This document shows positions 56,741-64,000 of a DNA stretch of 64,000 nt, in pieces. The notes beneath the pieces are model-generated. The model saw only the letters and a list, made by a program, of their open reading frames with translations, did not search any database and was not told where the DNA came from. Each line of letters starts with the position of its first letter. Position 1 is the stretch's first letter. The DNA comes from Bacillota bacterium. Its GTDB lineage: Bacteria; Bacillota; Limnochordia; Darwinibacteriales; DTU012. Location of the stretch: assembly GCA_012837335.1 (NCBI GenBank), contig DURM01000007.1, forward strand, positions 31,127 through 95,126. Reading direction: 5' to 3'. Made by a program: the position numbers and the translations under genes.

Positions 56741-58054
56741 GTGAGACCGTGGGATCATGGAAATCTGCAGGTAACTGCCAATAAAAAGTATCTGGCTGTT
56801 GGTTCAAAGCCCTTTTTCTGGCTGGGAGATACAGCCTGGCTGATGCTGGAAAAGCTGACCGAGGATGAGATGTACATCTATCTGAAAAATCGTCAGCAGA
56901 AGCATTTTAATGTGATTCAGGCGACATTAATTCACCGCGCTCAGGTGTTAGCTCAATATGAACCGTTCTTTGATAATGACCTCGGCAGACCGAATCCGGA
57001 CAGCGAGTTCTGGACCCGCGTTGATCGGGCAATTGCCATGGCTGATGAACTGGGGCTGTACATGGCGCTGCTGCCAACTTGGGGCGGCTGGGCTAAGAGC
57101 GGGAAGCTTAATCTTGACAATGTGGAAGCTTACGGCAGCTTTTTAGCGGATCGCTATGGAAAATATCAGAATGTGATCTGGCTGACTGGTGGAGATATTC
57201 GCGGCAATATCGCTTATGATCTCTACATGAAGCTGGGTGCTCTGCTGAAGGAGCGCTGCCCGGGTCAGCTGGTGGGCTTTCATCCCTTTGGACGCACTTC
57301 CTCGTCCCTGTGGTTTAATGATGCTCCCTGGCTTGATTTCAATATGTTCCAGTCCGGACATCGCCGCTATGATCAATCCTCTTTAGGCGAATGGGATGAC
57401 AATAAAGAGAAGGAAGGATTCTTTGGCGAGGACAGCTGGCGCTATGTTGAGCGCGACCACGCTACACTTCCCCTCAAACCCACATTGGATGGAGAACCTT
57501 CTTACGAGCAGATACCTCAGGGTCTCCACGATCCATCGCAGCCATACTGGCAGGATCACGATGTGCGCCGCTACGCCTACTGGTCGGTATTTGCCGGCGC
57601 CTGCGGCCATACCTACGGACACAACGCAGTTATGCAGATGTTTCGGGAGCAGGATAATGATCCTGATTTTGGTGTAAAATCCTACTGGCACCAGGCAATT
57701 CACGATCCTGGAGCTGGGCAGATGGCCCACTTGTATGAGCTGATGACTGCTGTTGAATTTAGCGAGGGAGAGCCAAAGGAAGAACTGCTTGCCGATGGGC
57801 AGAAGCCGAAATATGAGCGGATTGCGGTGTTTGCTGGCCGTGACTATGCTTATTTCTACAGCTATTTAGGCACTCCGTTTAGAGTTAACATGGATAAACT
57901 GTTGGGCAGCAAAGTCGATGCCTATTGGTTTGATCCAGCCGCTGGTATCTACAGCTACTTTGGCGCGCTGGACTGCCGGGGAGTTGAAGAATTTGTACCA
58001 CCGGTTAAGCCTGCTGGCCACAATGATTGGGTGCTGGTACTGCGGAACAGATAA
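56741..58054 (+). CDS. DUF4038 / glycoside hydrolase family 140-like protein (second, divergent paralog)
   Basis: GTG start 6 nt after GGAGGGAG. FFWLGDTAWLMLEKLTEDEMYIYL, FNMFQSGH and RRYAYWSVFAGACGHTYGH; roughly 45-50% identity by eye to 4069-5376. Confidence 0.55.
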   Translation: MRPWDHGNLQVTANKKYLAVGSKPFFWLGDTAWLMLEKLTEDEMYIYLKNRQQKHFNVIQATLIHRAQVLAQYEPFFDNDLGRPNPDSEFWTRVDRAIAMADELGLYMALLPTWGGWAKSGKLNLDNVEAYGSFLADRYGKYQNVIWLTGGDIRGNIAYDLYMKLGALLKERCPGQLVGFHPFGRTSSSLWFNDAPWLDFNMFQSGHRRYDQSSLGEWDDNKEKEGFFGEDSWRYVERDHATLPLKPTLDGEPSYEQIPQGLHDPSQPYWQDHDVRRYAYWSVFAGACGHTYGHNAVMQMFREQDNDPDFGVKSYWHQAIHDPGAGQMAHLYELMTAVEFSEGEPKEELLADGQKPKYERIAVFAGRDYAYFYSYLGTPFRVNMDKLLGSKVDAYWFDPAAGIYSYFGALDCRGVEEFVPPVKPAGHNDWVLVLRNR

Positions 58055-58071
58055 GGTGGAGGCGATGGGGT

Positions 58072-59361
58072 TTGAGCAGTCTGGCGGACTACCAAACAAA
58101 ACTGCGGGAATTTTTTGAAGCCAACGTGGATACGGTGCTTAAATCACCAAACTCCTGCTTGAAACATCCCTTTGTTGATCCCGGTTCAGTATACGACGGC
58201 AATCTCTGGGATTGGGACTCATTCTGGGCCGTGTACGCCTTGTTCGGTCTGGTAAACCATAAAGGTGATCCAGATCTGAAAGAGCGGGTGCTTAAGCATG
58301 CTAAAGGCAATATCCATAACTTCTTTGATTATCAGCTGGAGGACGGCTATATCCCCATGATGATTGAAGAATCGGATCTGCCCGAGCCGTACCTGATTAT
58401 GAAACGCAAGCAGGGTGCGGTTTTAAATATGATGAAGCCGTTTTTGTGCCATCAGATTGCGCTGATCAGCGGCTTTGCCGGCGATTTTGAATGGATGCGG
58501 GCATACGCAGATAATATCGAGCGCTATTTTGCCTGCTACGATAAATTTTATTATCATGACAACTGCGGTTTATATGTCTGGGCTGATGACGTGATGATCG
58601 GGATGGACAATGATCCGGCTACTTTTGGTCGACCCCGCTTCTCCACTGCCAACATGTATTTAAACAGCTTTATGGTCAGTGAGCTCTGTGCCGCGGCCCA
58701 GATTATGAAAGAGCTGGGATATGATGAGCGCTCCCAGTTTTATTTCGATAAGGCAGTCCAGCTGATTGATCATATTCAGGGAGAGTGCTGGGATCAGCGG
58801 GATAGGTTTTTCTACTCTGTCGATGTGGATATTAAGACGAGAAAATATGACTGGTTTCATGTAGGGCTGGGCGTATTCTGGAAGACGCTGCCGATCAAGG
58901 TTCGCACCTGGACCGGATTTATTCCCTTATGGGCGGGTTTTGCCACCAAGGAGCAGGCGGAGCAGATTGTGCAGCATATCCGGGATGGAGAGACTTTTAA
59001 CAGCCCTTACGGCATTCGCACTCTGGCGAAAGACGAGAAAATGTACAACCTTACACCCACCATTAATCCATCTAATTGGCTGGGACCGATCTGGATTATT
59101 GTAAACTACGTTGTTTTCCGCGGGCTCTTAAATTACGGATATACTGATGATGCCCGCAAACTTTATGAAAAAACAGCGCTGCTGTTGGGACGGGATTTGG
59201 AGGAAAGGGGCACACTGCACGAGTACTATATCCCCGAAACCGGTGAACCGGTTATAAACAGCGGATTTATTAACTGGAATATGCTCGTTTTGAACATGGA
59301 GGATGAGCTTTCCGGCCGAAAATCCATGGATGATTATATCCACGTCCTTTTGCCTTATTAA
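58072..59361 (+). CDS. Putative (alpha/alpha)6-barrel glycoside hydrolase (GH63/MGH1/GH100-like)
   Basis: In-frame TTG at 58072 lies 9 nt after AAGGTGGAGG; the ORF-track TTG at 58027 overlaps upstream and has no RBS. GNLWDWDSFWAVYAL and toroid-like helices. Family unresolved. Confidence 0.35.
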   Translation: MSSLADYQTKLREFFEANVDTVLKSPNSCLKHPFVDPGSVYDGNLWDWDSFWAVYALFGLVNHKGDPDLKERVLKHAKGNIHNFFDYQLEDGYIPMMIEESDLPEPYLIMKRKQGAVLNMMKPFLCHQIALISGFAGDFEWMRAYADNIERYFACYDKFYYHDNCGLYVWADDVMIGMDNDPATFGRPRFSTANMYLNSFMVSELCAAAQIMKELGYDERSQFYFDKAVQLIDHIQGECWDQRDRFFYSVDVDIKTRKYDWFHVGLGVFWKTLPIKVRTWTGFIPLWAGFATKEQAEQIVQHIRDGETFNSPYGIRTLAKDEKMYNLTPTINPSNWLGPIWIIVNYVVFRGLLNYGYTDDARKLYEKTALLLGRDLEERGTLHEYYIPETGEPVINSGFINWNMLVLNMEDELSGRKSMDDYIHVLLPY

Positions 59362-59373
59362 GAAAATATCATC

Positions 59374-59427
59374 AAAAAGCCGGTGTTTCGCTTAAGATTT
59401 AAACGAGACACCGGCTTTTTGTTTTGT
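59374..59427 (+). terminator. Strong Rho-independent terminator between convergent genes
   Basis: AAAAAGCCGGTGT...ACACCGGCTTTTTGTTTTG forms a 13-bp stem. Confidence 0.7.
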
Positions 59428-59438
59428 GAGTATATCAG

Positions 59439-60608
59439 CTAAGGCAGGAGCCAGGACCCTGTGAGGATAGCACTGGTGCGGTAACCCGACTCGTCGGCTT
59501 TATGGCCGTTATTCTGCACATAGCCTATTTCTAAGTCCAGCCCTAACCGCATCTGGTCGAACTGGCGTGCCGCGCCAAGCTTAACGCCATAGATCTGCTC
59601 CGGAACTAGCTTTTCTTCTTTCCCAATCCAAGGCGCCACATCGGTATTGCCGAGCTTGAGGTAGTACAGGCCAAATTTAGTGTCTGCGTTCAGCTTTTCA
59701 AAGTGCCTGGAAAGCTGAATGTCCCCTGCGGTTAAGTCATCTCCATAAGCGTGCCCTAATGATAGATCTCCATATGTAAAGACATTTTGAGGTCTGCCAT
59801 TAGAATAGGCTTGGTCGGATACATGGCTGAATTCTGCCAGCAGATCCCACCCGGCAATTAATTCTTCAGCTTCAAGACCAAGCGTGATGGCGAACAGTTT
59901 AGGATTATCGTCCATGGGACTCATGGGAAATTCATTTACCAGGAGCTCCCCGTAGAAAGTAAACGGCGCTAACTGCAGTCTGCCGTCGCCATAGAAAAAA
60001 GCGTTGTCAATCGACGTCGATATTCCGGGGAAATACTTGGACAGGTAGTAGGGCATTATCGGCACAAAATAGAAGAAAGTATCTCCCTTAAAATGCTGGG
60101 AAACAACAAAAGCTTCGCCAATTCCAAGCGAGAAATAAGGAACAGGCTGCCAGTTCAAATAATGGACTCCCACCCGTTTATACTCATCATCTCGGCTGAG
60201 ATCGCCGAAGAATTTAGTATAAGTCCATGGTTCGCGGTTAAAAGTATACCCGAGTTTTAAGAAAGCGGGACCGGAGTCGCGCAGGAAAATTTGGTGGATG
60301 GCTGCCTGCCCGACGCTCGCCGGTACTGCACCGCCAAAAATGCTCAATTCATCATTATGATATGTTAAGCCAAGCTGCTCAACTGCAAAGGTCATCTGAC
60401 CTTTGTTTTCCATTTTCCCGCCGGCACTAAGGCCCATATTCAGGGTTAGATTAGGACTCAGCCCAATGCCGGCTGCAGCAGTCAGCTCATTGGCACCATT
60501 TTTCATGGTCCAAACCATATCCACTTCAGTTTTTGCGTAAATCTCGGCTAGACCCGGTGTGAGGCCAATAACCAGGACCATAAGAGCGATAATTGCCAGA
60601 TTTCGCAT
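59439..60608 (-). CDS. Secreted beta-strand-rich protein, possible outer-membrane beta-barrel (Wzi/OprB-like?)
   Basis: Signal peptide MRNLAIIALMVLVIGLTPGLA. The mature part is rich in Gly/Tyr/Phe with alternating hydrophobic stretches (FAVEQLGLTY, FAITLGLEAEE, LGLDLEIGYVQN). RBS GGTGGTG. Confidence 0.3.
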   Translation of the reverse strand: MRNLAIIALMVLVIGLTPGLAEIYAKTEVDMVWTMKNGANELTAAAGIGLSPNLTLNMGLSAGGKMENKGQMTFAVEQLGLTYHNDELSIFGGAVPASVGQAAIHQIFLRDSGPAFLKLGYTFNREPWTYTKFFGDLSRDDEYKRVGVHYLNWQPVPYFSLGIGEAFVVSQHFKGDTFFYFVPIMPYYLSKYFPGISTSIDNAFFYGDGRLQLAPFTFYGELLVNEFPMSPMDDNPKLFAITLGLEAEELIAGWDLLAEFSHVSDQAYSNGRPQNVFTYGDLSLGHAYGDDLTAGDIQLSRHFEKLNADTKFGLYYLKLGNTDVAPWIGKEEKLVPEQIYGVKLGAARQFDQMRLGLDLEIGYVQNNGHKADESGYRTSAILTGSWLLP

Positions 60609-60717
60609 CTTGACACCACCTGCCTGTTTTCTGATATTGTAAGGAGAGAGAAATATTCAGTATAGCTTTCTACATTTGGCAGATAGTTCCTTTCCAGACC
60701 AGCTGAGGAGATTTAAA

Positions 60718-61533
60718 ATGGCACGAGTAATTCTAGCAGAACTTACCATTACCCCGGCTTTAGCGGGCATTACCGGAGTAGAGCTTTTAAAGGAAGAATT
60801 GAAGCTGTCAGCGCGACAGAGGCAGAAAGTGATCCGCACCAGAGGTTTTAAGGTGAATGGTCGAGCTGCGCATTCGCATACCAAGCTTAAAGTAGGTCAG
60901 GTGGTGCAGGTATCCCTGCCGGCGGAGGAGCAGGTGAAGGTGGAGCCGAAACCGCTGCCGCTGGATATTATTTACGAAGATGACCATCTGCTGGTTGTCA
61001 GCAAGCCTGCTGGAACTATTGTGCACCACATCAAACCTAACCAAAAACAGCCGAGCCTGGTAGAAGGTGCAGCCTATTATTTTCAAGAGCAGGGCATGGT
61101 TATTACTCCCAGACCGGTCCACCGCCTGGATCGGGGCGCTTCGGGGGTCGTTATCTTTGCAAAAACAGCTGAGATTCAAGCAGCCTTAACCAGAGCGTGG
61201 TCTGGGATTACTAAGATATATTGGGTAAAGGTGCACGGCAGGTTGGACCGGATGGGTGAGATTACCGAACCAATCAAAGGTAAACCGGCGCGAACAAAAT
61301 ATCTTCCCTTGGAGATTGGGGAAGATACCACCACGCTTAAGGTGCAGATCTTTACCGGCAGAACCCATCAGATCCGGATTCATCTGGCCGGAATCGGACA
61401 TCCGGTTGTGGGTGATTACCGTTACGGAAATAGTACTTCTCGTCGGGAGCGCCTGGCCTTACACTGCTGGCAGATTACTCTGACTCATCCGGTGACAAAT
61501 GTTTCGCTGCAGCTGACAGCTCCCCTCCTTTAA
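60718..61533 (+). CDS. RluA-family pseudouridine synthase with N-terminal S4-like domain
   Basis: ATG at 60718 after GAGGAG. HRLDRGASGVVIFAKT catalytic motif. Confidence 0.75.
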   Translation: MARVILAELTITPALAGITGVELLKEELKLSARQRQKVIRTRGFKVNGRAAHSHTKLKVGQVVQVSLPAEEQVKVEPKPLPLDIIYEDDHLLVVSKPAGTIVHHIKPNQKQPSLVEGAAYYFQEQGMVITPRPVHRLDRGASGVVIFAKTAEIQAALTRAWSGITKIYWVKVHGRLDRMGEITEPIKGKPARTKYLPLEIGEDTTTLKVQIFTGRTHQIRIHLAGIGHPVVGDYRYGNSTSRRERLALHCWQITLTHPVTNVSLQLTAPLL

Positions 61534-61539
61534 TTACCC

Positions 61540-61568
61540 TTGCAATATTACTGAGTAAAACATAGAAT
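61540..61568 (+). promoter_or_regulatory. Sigma-A-type promoter (TTGCAA-17 nt-TAGAAT) for phosphoglucomutase gene
   Basis: TTGCAA at 61540-61545 and TAGAAT at 61563-61568. Confidence 0.5.
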
Positions 61569-61656
61569 ATAAGGTGGTCATTCATAAGATCGATTAGTTC
61601 CGCATCGAAGCAGCTTGAGATGACGTGAAGATAATACTGAAGATGGAGCGATTGCA

Positions 61657-63357
61657 ATGGTGAATGATTATATGATTAAATACAATAAATGGCTGACAGC
61701 GCCGTTTATTGATTCTAAAACTAAACAAGAGCTGGCCTCTGCTCATGAGCCGGCAGATATCGCTGATAGATTTTATAAGGATCTGGAGTTCGGCACTGGC
61801 GGTCTGAGGGGTATTATGGGGGCAGGGACAAACCGGGTCAATAAATATACGATCCGCAAGGCGACTTATGGATTAGCAAATTATCTTCTGGACAAGTACG
61901 GTGAAGCGGGTAAAGAGCGGGGTGTGGTTATCTCCTATGATTCCCGACTTAATTCACAGACATTTGCTTTAGAGGCGGCGCTGGTTTTCTGCGCCGTAGG
62001 AATTAAAACTTTTCTCTTCGATCAATTACAGCCCACACCGGTTCTCTCGTTTTCGGTCCGGCACCTTAAGTGCATGGGCGGGATTATGATTACGGCCAGC
62101 CATAATCCTAAGCAGTATAACGGCTACAAAGTTTACAATGAGCATGGTTATCAGGCTGTTCCAGATGAAGCAGATGAGATTATTGCCTTTGTCAACCAGG
62201 TCAAGGATTTTGCTTTAATTCCGGTAATTGAAGAGCAAGGTGCCCGTGAGCTTGGACTTCTGGTCAGTGTGGATGAGAGTGTGCTGGAAGCATACCAGCA
62301 AGCGGTAAACGCTCAATCGCTGATTGCGGATCCTGCCGTTAAGGCTGATCTGCGGATAGTTTTCACGCCGCTTCACGGCACCGGCTATGTTCCGGTCACA
62401 GCAGCTTTGGACCGCGCTGGTTTTGAGCATGTCTTTGTGGTCGAAGAGCAGAAGCTGCCGGATGGTAATTTCCCGACAGTTAAGTCACCTAATCCGGAGG
62501 AGAAAGATGCGCTGGCATTAGCGGTCGCCAAAGCGAAAGAGGTTGGCGCCGACCTGGTGATCGGGACCGACCCGGACAGCGATCGGGTTGGAGCTGCGGT
62601 TAAGCATCAAGGCAGTTATGAGTTTCTAACAGGCAACCAAATTGGCGCGCTGTTAACCTATTTTGTCCTGAGCCAAAAGCAGCAGGATCTTACACCGAAA
62701 TCGACCATGATCAAAACGATTGTTACCAACGAACTGGGAGCGGAAATAGCTTTAAGCTATGGACTGCAGGTATTGGACACTCTCACTGGTTTTAAATATA
62801 TCGGGGAGAAAATCACTGAGTTTGAGCAGACCGGTTCCCATGAGTTTATCATTGGCTACGAAGAAAGCTATGGCTATTTGGTGGGCACCCATGCCCGGGA
62901 TAAGGATGCGGTAGTGGCAGCGCTTCTGATCTGTGAAATGACCGCGTTTTATCGGGAGCAGGGCAGGACATTGATTGATGTTCTGGCTGAACTTTATGAT
63001 AAGTACGGCTGCTACCTCGATCATTTAGATGCGATCGAGCTTGAGGGCATTGAGGGCAGAAAGCGCATCGAAAGTATTATGGCCGCGCTGAGAGGAGAAG
63101 GCAGTAAGCTGATCCCAGATGTAGCCGAGATGCTGGATTACAGCCTCGGCATTGGGGATCTGCCGAAATCTGATGTGCTGAAGTTTGTGCTAAACGATGG
63201 TTCGTGGCTTGCCGCCAGACCATCAGGAACCGAGCCGAAGCTTAAAATCTATTATTCTATTAAGCAGCCATGTGAGGAGCTCGCTCAAGCAAAACTAGAT
63301 CAGCTCCAGGCTGTGATTAAAAATAAGTTTGTGGATGCAGAAGGACACACGCTGTAA
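61657..63357 (+). CDS. Phospho-sugar mutase (phosphoglucomutase/phosphomannomutase, PgcA-type)
   Basis: Active-site TASHNPKQYNGYKVY and metal loop GTDPDSDR. Confidence 0.8.
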   Translation: MVNDYMIKYNKWLTAPFIDSKTKQELASAHEPADIADRFYKDLEFGTGGLRGIMGAGTNRVNKYTIRKATYGLANYLLDKYGEAGKERGVVISYDSRLNSQTFALEAALVFCAVGIKTFLFDQLQPTPVLSFSVRHLKCMGGIMITASHNPKQYNGYKVYNEHGYQAVPDEADEIIAFVNQVKDFALIPVIEEQGARELGLLVSVDESVLEAYQQAVNAQSLIADPAVKADLRIVFTPLHGTGYVPVTAALDRAGFEHVFVVEEQKLPDGNFPTVKSPNPEEKDALALAVAKAKEVGADLVIGTDPDSDRVGAAVKHQGSYEFLTGNQIGALLTYFVLSQKQQDLTPKSTMIKTIVTNELGAEIALSYGLQVLDTLTGFKYIGEKITEFEQTGSHEFIIGYEESYGYLVGTHARDKDAVVAALLICEMTAFYREQGRTLIDVLAELYDKYGCYLDHLDAIELEGIEGRKRIESIMAALRGEGSKLIPDVAEMLDYSLGIGDLPKSDVLKFVLNDGSWLAARPSGTEPKLKIYYSIKQPCEELAQAKLDQLQAVIKNKFVDAEGHTL

Positions 63358-63376
63358 AAGCGTGTGTCCTTTTTTA
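63343..63376 (+). terminator. Rho-independent terminator overlapping stop codon
   Basis: GGACACACGCT-gtaaa-AGCGTGTGTCC followed by TTTTTT. Confidence 0.7.
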
Positions 63377-64000
63377 GATCAGTTCATCTTTAAGGTTTTT
63401 GGTGATCCCCGGAATGTGGGCTGCGCCCACAACGGCAGCGATTTTTTCGCCTGGAGCAGTGATGATTCTGCGGGCAATGTACTGATCCCGTTCGTCAATC
63501 AGCGGCTGTTTTAGTCGGGGGTATTGAGCTGCAAATTGGTTTAAAAGCACGGTTAAGCTGTCGGGAGACTGCATTTCCTCCAATTTTGCTTCGGTTATCT
63601 CCGCTCCCCGCATGCCAAAAGCTGTTTGAAAGAGCAGTTTAATTTTCTCGAAAAAACTGAGGCTGTCCCAGGTTCGCCTGAGCGTAATCCGGATATCTCG
63701 GTCTGCTAAGACAAGCTCTGCGCCGACCGCTTCTGCGGACTGAATTGCTTGGAGCATTTCCTGGCCTGGAACAGTATTTAAATCAGCTGCCAGCCGCTTC
63801 TGCATTTTTCCCAAAAGCACGCTGAGCAGAGCATAAGGGGCTTTTTTTCTGCGAATCAGTCGGCGAAGGTCAGGCGGATCAGAAGGAGCACCGCGGGTTA
63901 AAGCTAGATAGCGCTGGTAATCCAGCTCAACGCAGACTGTATCCGGCTTTTCTGCTTCAATAATCTCTTTAACCTGTTCGGCGCTGCGTTTAGAGATATG
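63374..64000 (-). CDS. TraB/GumN-family protein (3' portion; gene continues beyond window edge)
   Basis: The minus frame stays open past the ORF-track Met at 63820 through nt 64000 (...HISKRSAEQVKEIIEAEKPDTVCVELDYQRY...). AVVGAAHIPGI is typical of the TraB family. Confidence 0.55.
   Translation of the reverse strand, partial: HISKRSAEQVKEIIEAEKPDTVCVELDYQRYLALTRGAPSDPPDLRRLIRRKKAPYALLSVLLGKMQKRLAADLNTVPGQEMLQAIQSAEAVGAELVLADRDIRITLRRTWDSLSFFEKIKLLFQTAFGMRGAEITEAKLEEMQSPDSLTVLLNQFAAQYPRLKQPLIDERDQYIARRIITAPGEKIAAVVGAAHIPGITKNLKDELI

Noticed and set aside
1-64000. CRISPR arrays, tandem repeat arrays, tRNA/rRNA genes, transposases, integrases, and phage genes
   Set aside because: I scanned all intergenic regions and large ORFs. 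There are no direct-repeat/spacer periodicity, no tRNA-like cloverleaf candidates, and no DDE/tyrosine recombinase-like proteins. The region looks like stable chromosomal catabolic loci.

Overview
The window is a dense, almost entirely plus-strand carbohydrate-utilisation region from a saccharolytic anaerobe. It looks Firmicutes-like: strong AGGAGG-type ribosome-binding sites, YesM/YesN-type sensor pairs, and CUT1-type sugar ABC importers with a solute-binding protein plus two permeases. A putative outer-membrane beta-barrel protein hints at a diderm lineage. I found no rRNA, tRNA, CRISPR arrays, transposases or integrases.

Coding content, start to end:
- 1-5376: the partial 3' end of a URO-D/MtaA-like gene, then a DUF1537 acid-sugar kinase, a PdxA2 dehydrogenase, a DHDPS-family class I aldolase, and a GH140/DUF4038-like hydrolase.
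- 5590-16532: a cluster with its own sigma-A promoters. It holds a secreted NHL-TPR-Yip1 multipass membrane protein, a 944-aa secreted coiled-coil protein, two permeases, a GH31 enzyme and a solute-binding protein.
- 16646-40673: a run of glycoside hydrolases and sugar-processing genes.
  - GH29 fucosidase, GH42 beta-galactosidase, and a 904-aa protein of unknown GH family.
  - A second URO-D-like protein; a protein with an FGE-like domain, a BNR sialidase-like domain and MORN repeats; a Gfo/Idh/MocA oxidoreductase; a second BNR sialidase-like protein.
  - An (alpha/alpha)6 hydrolase and a GH2 enzyme.
  - A LacI regulator with a promoter/operator palindrome, followed by an FGGY kinase, a fucose-isomerase-family protein, and a GH95 fucosidase.
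- 40743-47320:
  - A small YfcE-type phosphoesterase.
  - On the minus strand, an arginase-family gene and a MATE/MOP transporter.
  - On the plus strand, a PAS/GAF-GGDEF-HD-GYP signalling protein.
  - On the minus strand, a three-gene operon of small unknown proteins: a TasA-like protein, a small hydrophobic peptide and a double zinc-ribbon protein.
- 47526-59361: a GH115-like alpha-glucuronidase, a CdsA-family membrane protein, a second ABC importer, a YesM/YesN-like two-component system, a second divergent GH140-like paralog, and another (alpha/alpha)6 hydrolase.
- 59439-64000: the outer-membrane-like beta-barrel protein, an RluA pseudouridine synthase, a phosphoglucomutase, and a partial TraB/GumN gene running off the 3' edge.

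The GH mix (GH31 + GH42/GH2 + GH95/GH29 + GH115 + GH140 + sialidase-like BNR proteins) suggests breakdown of decorated plant hemicellulose or pectin side chains such as fucosylated xyloglucan, glucuronoxylan or RG-II-type sugars. The best candidates for undescribed biology are the Yip1/DUF5696-like transporter-linked cluster, the kinase-PdxA2-aldolase module next to GH140, the FGE-like/BNR/MORN fusion, and the two URO-D-like proteins in a CAZyme context.

Many ORF-track starts are TTG/GTG artefacts with 5' over-extension; I re-called starts where an in-frame ATG/GTG with a good RBS was visible.
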